NCBI GenBank assembly: GCA_050230475.1
Contig: JBFLGF010000161.1
Span: 1 to 64,000 of the forward strand
Length of the DNA stretch: 64,000 bases
Direction: 5' to 3'
Origin: Ancylonema sp.
Taxonomy: Eukaryota
Positions 1-10,939 of the stretch are shown here, piece after piece. The notes below the pieces were generated by a model. The model saw only the letters and a program-made list of their open reading frames with translations, had not been told where the DNA came from and did not search any database. The position numbers were made by a program, and so were the translations under genes. Each line of letters opens with the position of its first letter. The first letter of the stretch is position 1.

Positions 1-64
1 TGACGTCACAACTCGTTAGAGGCCCAAAATGGCTTTTTGGTGTGCCTGTAACGTGGTCCTAACA

Positions 65-1610
65 GTGGGTTGGGTTTCCTAGGAGGATATACTAAGTTGT
101 TGCCAAGAACTATGGCGGGTCAACCACTCAATCGGCTGATCACCGGCGATTGAGCGCAAGTCTAACTTTTCTACAAAACTTTTTTTCTTGTTATCTATCG
201 TGTCATAGTGAAGATTGGCCCAAAGGCAAGGTGTTTGCTTGGGTCTCTGTACTAGAGTGTACGAGACTGTGATATGGGTATAACTTCTGACATCCTCAAG
301 AAGCTCGATCTATCACTGAATTCGACGATCTACAATGCTATCATGGCGTAATCGGAGTACTAACAGCAACGCCAGCCAGGATGCAAATAACGCGATGACG
401 TTGCACAGTGGATGCAAAGATGACGTTAAGCACCACGGGGCTCAGTTTGACACAATAGCATGAGAGTGTTACAAAGTTAGAGTGTAAGGTAATGCATAGC
501 TGCATTGACCGAGCGTCACTAGATTGTCGTCTAGTTCAAAATGTAACGTTGCGAACGTACGCTAGTTACGTCTACGTGTTATTTCCCGCCACTATGCCGG
601 CGGGGTCATATTTCGTTTGACCTTGCCGCAAGGGTCATACTACGTACCGTACATCAACTGTATGGTACTAGCGCGCCAATCATTTATACCGCTATAACGC
701 GAAACTGCTTGCGCCACTATCGCCTGCACTAGTTCTTGATTGCAACCAACGGAGCAATACGCCATACAAGCACACGATCATATATGAACCGACACCATCG
801 TATTGGCCAGCCATGATTGCCTGTAATCTTTCCAAAATTCAACTACTGGCAAATATTGGCCAAAGTTCCGTTGGGATTGCCCTAAACCAAAAATCACAGA
901 ATTTGAAAGGTTGAAGGTAGAAGGTAGGAGAGGAGACCAAGGAGGATGGTTTCAAGGAGGGTTGGGTCCTGTAAGGCGATACTACTTCCAGTGCCACTAT
1001 CTATGGCAGCTGAGGACTCAATCGCGCGATAATCGGCACTTCAGTTGAATTCAAACTTTCGCTATAGAGCTCTGTTTCACAGTCTGAATCATGTCAGACT
1101 GAAGATTGGCCCAAGGCAAGGTGTTTGCTTGGGTCTTTGGACGTGAGTGTACGAGACTGTGATATGGGTCAAACTCTGAAATACTCTAGAAGCTCGATCT
1201 ACGACAAAAATCGACAATCAACAAGGAGAGCAATGCATATTCAGAGTGATATAAGCTTCGCCAGCCAAGATGCAGATAACGCGATAACAATGCAGAGATA
1301 TGCCAGGATAACGTTTCGACACCACCGGGGCTCACTCTGACATGATGAGCGTCACAGTGTTACAGAGTGAGAGCGTAAGGTCACGCACAGCTGCCGAACG
1401 TCACTAGATTGTCGCCTACTGCAAAACTAGAAGTTCCGAATGTACGCTAGTTACGTGTACGTGTGATATTCCCACCAACCGCGCCGGCAAGGTTATACTT
1501 CGTTTGACCCTGCGACACTGTTTGTGCCACTATCGCCTGCACCGGTTCTTGATTGCAATAGGCGGCGCAATACTCCATACAGGCACAGGATCATATATGG
1601 ACTGACAAAT
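65..1610. repeat. Two diverged tandem copies (~65-800 and ~960-1610, period ~890 bp) of a probably non-coding repeat unit
   Basis: Collinear shared blocks: gaagattggccca(a)aggcaaggtgtttgcttgggtct (210/1100), gagtgtacgagactgtgatatgggt, cgccagcca.gatgca.ataacgcgat, cgtcactagattgtcg, gccactatcgcctgcac...ttcttgattgcaa, gcaca.gatcatatatg. Confidence 0.85.
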
Positions 1611-1639
1611 TGGTTAAGTGTTGGCGATGGCCATTTGTT

Positions 1640-1790
1640 ATTTCGCATGAGAACGATGCGGATATTGACTAGATCTTAGAACACGTGTATGCGGGCACGT
1701 GTGAATTTTCGCACGGTGATGTTCTTTACAACAATAGGATGGCCCATGAGAGTGCGACACGATGCTAGATGGTACAACACGTATCTTTTA
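1640..1790 (+). repeat. Copy of a dispersed CACGTG-rich repeat family
   Basis: tagatcttagaacacgtgtatgcgggcacgtgtga and cgatgctagatggtacaaca resemble 23058-23190 and 49192-49320 and the reverse complement of 21470-21620. Confidence 0.6.
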
Positions 1791-2323
1791 GCACACGTAC
1801 CTCTGTGAGTGTATAATAGTGTATGATAACGTGACTAACAAACACCTGTTATAAAAAATATAAGTCCGATTCCCAAAGGCTTACAACGAATATTTGTATT
1901 ACTACCAATGCGAGACGACCATGCTTTGTACCTTTACCCTTAGATTCCAGCCCCCCGGGTGTGGGGGGGCCGCCCGCGGGCGGCCAGCCGATTTGGATTT
2001 TGCGTCGGAGTGCAGCTGGCCTTCCGCGGGTGGGCAGGCGGCCTTGCCCTAAGTGTGACCCATGCTCCCAGTGTATCCATCCCAAAAATCTAATCTTATG
2101 AGACTGGGCACATACCCGGACTGGCGTGCCCAGTCCAGGCGGAGTTTCGAATCCGGAATGAGTATGGATCAATCACTCTGGCTAGGACAGGAGGGGATGG
2201 AGCCTGTGGTTTGAGAAGAGTTTGTAGCTTGGAGCTTGTAGTTCGAGTGTGTATATGTTGTCAGGCTTGACATGTTTTTTGTCTGTCAAATCGTCAGCGC
2301 AGCAGTGAGGCACACCTGAAATC

Positions 2324-4593
2324 ATGGTGTTAAAGGTTGTGGAGCTGCTCTACCAAAAGGACATTGTGGAGAGAAGACTTCCACAGCGTGAAGCATGGTG
2401 TCCGGCACTTTCTATGGATCAGGTAACGCTTTAATTCAGTACTTCGGGTACATCCTACCGCTGGTCTGTCTTACTCAAACGACCAGTCACACTGATCATG
2501 ATATGAGAAGGCAAAATATAGGTCTCCTTGAGACGGTTCGGCACGGTACACACGACAAGTGAGTGCCATGCAATGTACTCTGAGCTATTATGAGAGCTTA
2601 CGCAAAGTTACCGCTTGTCAGCTATCAATACTTCGTCGTCATGGGTCATTCTATTTGTTTATGCGTTCTGCCTAGTGATTGGTGTCATGGCTTTGCAGAC
2701 TGGGCTGTTGGCAGGAATTTGACACTACTATCAGTTGTCTCAAACACCGCGATCGAGTCACTCAGCAGACAAAGACTGCCAGTAGTAATGTGGCAATCAT
2801 TCAGAAATCGTGTTGGGAAGATGTTTTGCCATTAAGTGTCCGTTTCAATTGTTGAATTCCGGATCCAGCTGTATCCGTCATAGCTGCCAGTCGCATTTAG
2901 TTCAGGAGCCATAATAATTTTCGTGTCGCCCGGCAATCAATTGTGAGGCATGCTGCAGCCAAACTGTGAGTGATTTGCGAATAATGAGTACGGTGATTTT
3001 AACAAGTAGCTCCAGTCTTTTTTCTTTTCCAGTTTCTCGAGAGAGAGGAAAAACTGGCTGCCGTGCCATGGAGCAAGTCAAGAATGCGAACGTGGATACT
3101 TGTTCATGGTATACAGTCGGCCATATCACCCGACACGCCGCAAGATCAGTAATTTATTTTTTAGAGTTGTAAATTTCGGGGTATGCAGGGAAGTATCATA
3201 CTCACCTGTGGCTAACGTCATCATGCTTGCCCCTTGTGGCATCCCACAGGTGATGATGAAGGGGTCGGAAGTGTCAACGTACGCGCACTGGCCTCGTTGG
3301 AAACCTATCACCTAGTAACTTCTCCATGTGGCTATTCCCAAACCTGCTTGGATTGTCCAGCCACGTATGCAGCGCAAGAATGGCAGGCAGCTCTTGTTTA
3401 GCGCTGACCTTCCTTGAATGTTCCTAGGTTTCCTTTCGATGTTGTACTCAAATGACATCGAATTCGGGCTTACAATGATAATAGAATCCAAATCTGCTGA
3501 ATTGTTTGTTTGTGACAACAGGACGCCATTGGACCTCATGCTCTGAAAGGCACGGCTTACGGGATCGCAAGTGGATTCACAGAGCCGCACAAAAGAGGTT
3601 TGCTCCTCAACTCCTCACAAGAAGCCGAATGGTGTCGTGTCTCTCAAATGCCTCACCCTGCAACTGATGTAACTTCTACCAAGGAACTCAGCTTCTCCAT
3701 GTCTGTAAACTCCAGAGAGGCTTGAGAAGAAGAAAGAAGAAGAAGAAAGAAATGCAAATGTCCAATAAATAAATTTAAAAAAAAAAAAAACTAGAAAACT
3801 AGAAAACTAGAAAACAAAAAAATAAAAAAATAAAAAAACAAAAAAACAGAAAAACAAAAAACAAAAAAAACCAAAAAACAAAAAAACAAAAAAACAAAAA
3901 AACAAAAAAACAAAAAAACAAAAAAACAGAAAACTTGTAATAGCCTGCGCGGGTAGGAGACGTTGAAATTCTACTGTTTCACCTCCACTATATTACCGAC
4001 ATTTCCTGGTCGGGTGGCCTCATTCAGGCAAAGGCTACGCTCCTGCACTCGGCCGATTGGTGCAAGACAAGATTCGGGAGCTAGATCCCCTGGCCATAGC
4101 TGTGGTCAGTTGCGAGAGCACCATGACCCCACCCTCACCCACTTGCTGCCCTCAGCTTTTACTTTGTTCTCAGCTGTTGTGGAGGATGCTCCCCAAACCA
4201 CACAAACTTACCTGTCCTTGTCATCTACTTGTCCTCACTTGCGGCAAGTGGCCACATTCTCCCAGAATCTTCCAGAATCTTCCGTTCATTCTGGTGGGCA
4301 GAAGTAACGGATGTGATCCTGGTGGGTGTGTAGGTTCTGTTTTCAGATGTTGGACCCGGTGTCTGGGAGCGTGGTGGCTTTGTGCCTACCCAGACAAATC
4401 CAACAGATCACTGTTTCGAGCTCCAGTCTGACGCGGACAGTCTGAAACGGGCCGAGGAAGCAGTCAGGAAGGTGACCTGGTTGGCACGCTCGGAAGTCGA
4501 ATCAGTTGTGGACTCTTTCACTCGAGAGGTACAGTCACTGTACCTGCTGTCTCCAAAACTTCACCTCAGTCTTCGTCTTTCCTTTGCCTTGCA

Positions 4594-4655
<62 letters not shown>

Positions 4656-6060
4656 GTGCTTTGCAGAGTGCTCTGCAGAATGCTGTCGACCTTCTGGATG
4701 TTGATGGAGCTTTTCGAAGTGCTGACTCTGTGAGTGTCATATCTTTTGCCGGTGCAAAGAGTAACGATTCATCCTCAGAGTCTCTTGGTTGTGCAGGCAG
4801 AGGCAGGTGCTGGGGCAGACGAGTTTGTGGTACTGCCGTCAGCCGGGCAGGTGACATTCTTCACGCCATTCAACTGCTAGACTGTGCAGCTGATGATGAT
4901 GCTAGCACTGCATGTGTACGCACCCGGCTCAAATAATGCAGACTCTGAGCGTTGCACATAGATCAGATCTCAGATCTCAGATCTCAGGTGGTAGGTTGTC
5001 AGATTTCAATCCATGCACGCGTGTGTGACGGGAGGTGTAGATCGAGTGGCTGCTTGAGCGGGAGGTGGTGGTTGCGTCTACGTTAGGTCGCGCGCCCCTG
5101 CCGCATTCTGCCGCTGTTTGTGGCTCTGCGTTGCTCGTAAGGTTCCTCATCCCTTCTCTCTCGTTGGGCCCAGGTGGAGTGGTGTGTTGTGGATGCAGAG
5201 GAGGGATGGAAAGTGTTCCGAAAGGGTCCCATGCCATGTTGGGGGGCCGTTTGTGGGGCCAGTGCCGCGGTAGGTGCATCACGGAATGAGTCTTCTCTTG
5301 GAAGGTTTTTTTCGGTTTTTAATTTATTTTGGGGTATCTTTGGGGTTCTGGGAGTTTTTGAGGTTTCTTTTTTTGTCACTCTCCAGAAACGGGGGACAAG
5401 TTGTGGCTATTAACGTGACTTTGTGTTTTATATCGAGGTCTGCACAATGCTGTGCTAGCCCCAAGGGGTGCCTTAACGGCCATGGATCCTCTCGGCACCC
5501 CGTTCGAACGCCTTCGTTGCAATCAAGGGCTGGTGCTGCTACTCGAGCGTTCTCGTTTTTGTACGGTGACCAAAAGGTGCAGTGGAGGGGTGTGGGTTGG
5601 AATGCAGGTGTGGACGGCAGATATGAGCAAGCACAAAAGCTTCCTCAAGATCCTCTTGTTCAGAGGTGTGCATCAGAATCGTGAGAATTGAGAGCGAAAG
5701 GAGCTGTCTGTGATCATCTATATTGAGGAGGATACACACATGTATGGTCGGGTAGATGGATGTAAAGAGTTGTGGCCAGAATCTTGGCGGCAGACCACAT
5801 ATTCGATTTCTGACCCGAGTTCTGACTCCAGTTTTCGAAATGGACCCCCTTGTATTCGTGGCTGACCTCCTGCGCATATGCAACCCTTTTCGTATCTCTC
5901 TCACAGCCCAGCCCAGCCCAACCCAACTCAATTCTTGAGTCTGTGGCCCTCCATGGGTTTCCTTTCCAGGATCTGAAGATGAGTCTTCCACAGCTGCTGT
6001 GATAGCGGCAGCTGTACTCACGGCCATCCAGGCGCAAGTATACAAAGGCGGCATCCACAT
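2324..6060 (+). CDS. Putative multi-exon gene of unknown function; boundaries uncertain
   Basis: Short open segments bounded by AG/GT with compatible phases: 2324-2422 (MVLKVVELLYQKDIVERRLPQREAWCPALSMDQ), ~3018-3109, 4174-4293, 4347-4528 (..CFELQSDADSLKRAEEAVRKVTWLARSEVESVVDSFTRE), 4667-4729, 4797-4850, 5174-5269, ~5970-6060. No family recognised. Confidence 0.35.
3776..3933. repeat. A-rich low-complexity tandem repeat (AAAAAAC-like units)
   Basis: Direct reading: aaaaaacaaaaaaacaaaaaaac... Confidence 0.95.
4594..4655. repeat. (AT)n microsatellite, probably intronic
   Basis: Direct reading. Confidence 0.95.
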
Positions 6061-6377
6061 GTGGGCAGAAGGGGTGTGCGGGAAGTGGCCTGCGTCAGAT
6101 GCTTGTCTGCATGAGGCAGGAGTGACGTGAGCAGTGGGGAGGTGGCACAGACCCGAAATAAAACTCCGCATTGTTATTTTTTGTTGGCAAACAGGATTGA
6201 AGGTGGATGGAATGAAAGTGTGGCGGGTTCTCATGCTCGATATGCGGATAGTGCGGATATGTATACATACGTGTAGACCGGCATAATCATGTGTACCAAT
6301 GTGATAAAACTGGGCGAGAGAACAGGGGCACAGTGGCTGGGAGTTTAAACAATACACTGTGGTTTGGGCTCGACCAC

Positions 6378-6566
6378 TTTCTGATGAACGGCTGCTGTGC
6401 CATTCTGCTATTCACGTAGAGGCCAGACCGGGAGGGGGACTCTTTAAGTACCTTGTATCAGCTCACTCTTGACCCTCTTATAAAGGAGCTTGGCAATTGG
6501 GCAATGTGGACCAAAAGATACAGATGCAGTTTTGCTGACGCATATAAAGCTTGTCGGTGGATATAA
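6378..6566 (+). mobile_element. Degenerate non-LTR (LINE-like) reverse transcriptase fragment
   Basis: The frame from 6378 reads FLMNGCCAILLFT*RPDREGDSLSTLYQLTLDPLIKELG...CSFADAY, matching the spacing of LINE RT motifs (INGxxS..F...RGxRQGDPLSPLLFxLxLEPL...FADD) with an internal stop. Confidence 0.5.
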
Positions 6567-8875
6567 GAAGAAAGAAAAATAATATTTATAAAAAAACTAT
6601 TCGAGGCAGCTGCTGGACCTTTTCTTCCTCAGAATCTATTTTGTTGTCTCATATCGCTCCCATTCAGTTATATTGAAAAACCTCGGGAAGGAGGCCTACC
6701 TATGCTGGCAAGTCTGCACCCCACGGTGGACGCTCACGGATGGTAAGGCCTCTTATGTTTGCAGAAAGCATTTTGAGGCAGTGTCTCTTACAAGTTCAGC
6801 AAGGAGAGGTGTTTCGAACACAACTCCAATTTATATGGATCAAATGAGGGTCTCGGTTGTGTGCTGACTGCAGTTGGTTATGAATTGAGTCAAGAGGTGC
6901 CGATTGGAAATACTGATCATGTTGGGATGTGGAATATAGAGAAAAAATAGTAATGCAGCTGTGATAAAGAAGAGATATCGAGTCCTGAATCACATGCCCT
7001 CTGCTCCATGCTGCGTCGATGAGGTTCGGCGGTGCACTCCTTGTCGTTTCCTCCACAATCCTCGATGTAGGTCATATGACAAGTAACATTGGGAATGTGT
7101 GCTGCAGGAAATATGTCCCTCAAGGAGTTTGGCTCTGATCAGCCAGTTCCCTCATGTGATATAGGGCGACGGAACTTCATGAAATAATTTTTCATGAGTT
7201 GTTGTCACTAAGTGGCAATGGGAAATACATGGAGGAGGAAGTCTTTGTTAATATTGCGAGAAGCTCGCTTGTGATTGTGACAGATGCCTACAAATTCAAT
7301 GATACTTATGCACGCCACCTCAGCAAAAAATCGTCCCAGTACCTAATCCGGAATTGAGGGCCAATCCGGTTAATTTCGGCGTTTCATTCATCTATCAGGT
7401 GCATGTTTGACTATTCGATACTAGGGGTCGCACATGGTATGAATATAGATGTTTACTGAACGCTTATTGGACATTGGGATTGCGACTGTGAGCATTGGGA
7501 GCTTTGTCGTTAATTATCTTGTTTGGCCCAACGATTGATATACACCTTATCTAGATCAGATCTAGTGTACGGACAAGACCACGATAATTATTTTGTGGCA
7601 GACGATTGTGCATGCCAAGAATGTATCAAAGTCTGAGTTTTCAGAATTTCTAACCTAATTAATTAAACTTGGCATCCATGGCGTACTCATCTATATGAAG
7701 TATGCATGGACAATGTATGGGCATTGTCTTCGATTCAAGCGTTGTGAGTGAGCAGTCCATTATCAGATGGACTTTCCATTTGGTATCTAAGTTGTGTGCG
7801 ATGATTCTACTTACGATATACCAATGTCATATCGTAGAAGATCGATTCCGTATTTTGGTATATCGGCGCCTTCATATTGGCTTTTAGAGCGGGCGCAGTG
7901 TACACACGGCCATTATTAGACAAATTAGTTGTGGTGAGTATTATCATTTGACTTACCGATAGCGACCTTGACTTGTTTGTCCCTAGATAGCATCGGGTGA
8001 CTGTTATGACTAGATAAAGGGTCTCGATTCCATTAGCATTCAATGAGAATCCGGTGGATTGACCGTTGTGATCGTTGGATGATACGATGAGAGTAGTCAG
8101 ATCGGTTGCATTAGTTTGACTTGTGATGTAGCAAGTCAATGCAACTCGCCGATATGTACTTCCATCACCACACACTCGTTTCCGATACGATACAATCTTA
8201 GTGGCGCTTTGTGCCCCATATCGGGGTTTCGATGTGGCCCGTCTAGTGTTGGGCCGATCTAGCACCGTATCAGACATGAATTTCGCCAAACTTGTGTAAA
8301 GACGCCCACAAAATATATATTCAATTGGGTTTGATTGGGGGGTTTTTCCCGTAGTACATGATTTTTCACACGTGTCCAGTCAAATTCCGGTACGCTAAGT
8401 CTGATATTGCACGTGTTTGGCCTACCTCAAACGTGTCCAGTCCGGCTGAACTGGAAAATGATTTCCACCCAGTCCGCCCATCGGCCGGGCCTGACTGGCC
8501 GGTTCGCAGGTGGTTTCAAACCGACCAGTCTCTGGTCCGCGGGGGGGCAGTCTTCGGCTGGTGACTTGGAATGCCCGCAGCGCTAGTTAAGATGATTGCA
8601 ATTATTTCCAATTACGTCGCTGCGTTTTGGACGCTGTTGGATAGATTCTTGCATCCCCTTCGGAGATATGGACGGAGAACACCGACACGAATCACCCGAG
8701 ACGTTTTAATCGAACGCAACCGGAGGACATGTCAGTGCGGCATTGGTCTCCGACGAGAACTTACTTTGTGTCCAAGGTTGACAACGCAACCAAAAGCGGC
8801 GCTGACCATCGCACGTCACACGTAGTGTCCGATTTGCATCCGGGTGGCAGTACCAGCAGAGTGTAATTTGCGGGC

Positions 8876-8883
8876 GAATATGC
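8876..8883. promoter_or_regulatory. P1BS-like motif (GNATATNC; PHR1-type phosphate-starvation element)
   Basis: GAATATGC ~225 bp upstream of the PstS-like ATG; the motif is short, so a chance match is possible. Confidence 0.45.
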
Positions 8884-9105
8884 CATACACCGTCCGCTGA
8901 ATTTGTGCTCTACAGGCACGAAATTGCCACAAACCGACAACCGACTGGGCCGCGATACCGACAAGATGGGAAGATTTCCGATCAGCGCAGACAGGCACTG
9001 GCTCTTTCAGGGGCTATATCAGAAGCTGGAGTGTCGTGATGCTCACTCACAGTCATCTTGTCTACTCAGAAATACATTTCGCACCCTTTCCATTACTATT
9101 TCACC

Positions 9106-10939
9106 ATGGCTTCCCGTCTCTCTCTCCTCTTCGTTCTCCTGGCTTCTGCCGGAGCTGCCGTGCAGGGACAAATCTGGGGTGGCGCCAGTTCCGTCGTCTC
9201 CGTAAGTTATTTCAGTACTCCAAAAGGATGTTGTGAAGTGAAGGATTTGATCCTAATTTGTGTCAGCTAATTGCGGGATTTAAAATACAGGTGACCAATT
9301 ACAATGCCGCACACTTTTATTCTTCTATTTAGGTGACTCAAGGAGAGCTGGTCCAAATTCTGAATCAGAGGTAGCTGCATGAATACAAGTTACAAGCTGA
9401 AACGCATTTGAGAAAACAAGAGCATCGTTTTTCACATCGCAGAGGATTCGAAATTTCGGAATTCTTGATCATGAGCCGTGTTACTCGCAGCAAAGTGCAA
9501 TTCCCTTGTACAAACTTATTGTTCATTTCCAGAAAGCGTGGACGTATAAAACAATGGCAATTGTATACTAGAGCATGAAACTCACAATGCTTTTCCTTTC
9601 TGTTCTCTATGTGTGCATCAGCATATGTTATTGTCGTCAACAGTAATATTGCGCCAGAAATGTATCAAAATTTGTGTGTCTGAATTTGAAGTTCAACCTC
9701 ATTGTGTTATAGTTATCTGCCAGCTTTTTCTCCGTCACACATGCGTATGGAGGCTGTAATAGCATTCAAAATTTTCAACGGGTTTCATGCTTTGGCTGAC
9801 ATTGTTTCTCGTGAATCTGACCTTTTGGTCACGCCTTCTCTTTTCATTTTTGCAGTATGCTAGTGCACTGACATCTGCCAAACCAACCATTGGAAGCTAT
9901 GCCAGTGTTGGATCCACCGGCGGAATCACGAACTTCTTCTCCGGCACCTTCGCTGCTGCCACCTCCGACGACCCCAGGAGTGTCGCTAACGACTCCCTAG
10001 CCACCATAAAGTTTGGTGGGAAATTCACCTTCCCCATCGCTCTCACGACATACTCCTTCGTGACTCTCAAGGCCAAGGGACTCCAGATCACCGGCTCTCA
10101 GATGGCAGGCATCTACACTGCAAAATCACGAAATGGAGGCAAATCAAGAAGGGTCTTCGTGGTACTATCGTCGCTGTGTGCCGGGACGCTGGATCCGGAA
10201 CCACTCAGATCATTACAAAGTGGCTCAACCTATACGATAGTACGATCGCTGTATCCCAAGACGTCCTGACCGTCGTCCTCAAGTCCAAGAATCCACACCT
10301 CATTACTGCCACAGGGTCCGTTGGAATGGCAAGTTCCACCAAGAACAAGAATGCCATTGCCTACGTTCAGACTGGAGTCGGACTTACGGCTGCGTACGGG
10401 AACTTTGAGGTTGCTCTTCAAAATCCTGCTGGCGCTTTCGTGCTCGCCTCCAATGCAGATCCGTTGCAGTCCATCCCCAGGTAAAGCTCTCAGCTCGAAT
10501 GTATCAGATTGCCTGTGTGGAAGGTGTTTGCTCCTCACTGTTTATCATTGTAAGATATAAGTAGTTCGAATAAATGTCAAATATTTCTTGCAGAATTTTG
10601 CCCGGCAGATTTGTCCTGATTTTTTTGCGTTCTCTGCTGTCATGTGTCTAATGCTCCGCTTTCCACAGGTCTTTGCCCGCCGCTGGGAGTTCGTGGGCGG
10701 CTGTATCATTGGTGAACGCCAATGGACAAGGCACCTACCCCTTGGCTTCCTTCGAGTTTACCTTTGTCCGTCAAAACTATGCCGGTGCTTTCCCTGGAAA
10801 AGTTCCAGTTGTCCGATCCTTTTTCAATTATGTTCTCTCTCCTAAAGGTCAGCTCTTGGGCAAGTCTTCTTTCTTCACCCCCATCCCCACCAAGGTCAAC
10901 TATGGCAGCGTGCGGGCCCTGAGGAGGATGAAGGCTTAG
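9106..10939 (+). CDS. pstS: Secreted PstS-family (bacterial periplasmic type) phosphate-binding protein, intron-containing; 1-nt frameshift near 10120
   Basis: Exon 9106-9201: signal peptide MASRLSLLFVLLASAGAAVQG then GGASSV. Exon 9856-10480: YASVGSTGGITNF, ATSDDP, IYT[G]KITKW, VCRDAGSGTTQIITKWL, AIAYV, LQNPAGAFV. Exon 10669-10939: TYPLASFEF, FFNYVLSPKGQ, FTPIP, then TAG. Possible small exon(s) in 9202-9855 unresolved. Confidence 0.85.

Noticed and set aside
3126..3311. RT-like motif SDPFIITCGMPQGAS on the minus strand
   Set aside because: No downstream LSPxLF or YADD similarity, and it overlaps a plausible plus-strand exon; probably chance
7807..8289. 160-aa minus-strand ORF as a gene
   Set aside because: No ATG at the called start, no recognisable motif, and repeat-like surroundings
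9106..10939. Bacterial contamination as the source of PstS
   Set aside because: The gene has spliceosomal introns, no pst operon, and is contiguous with eukaryotic genes
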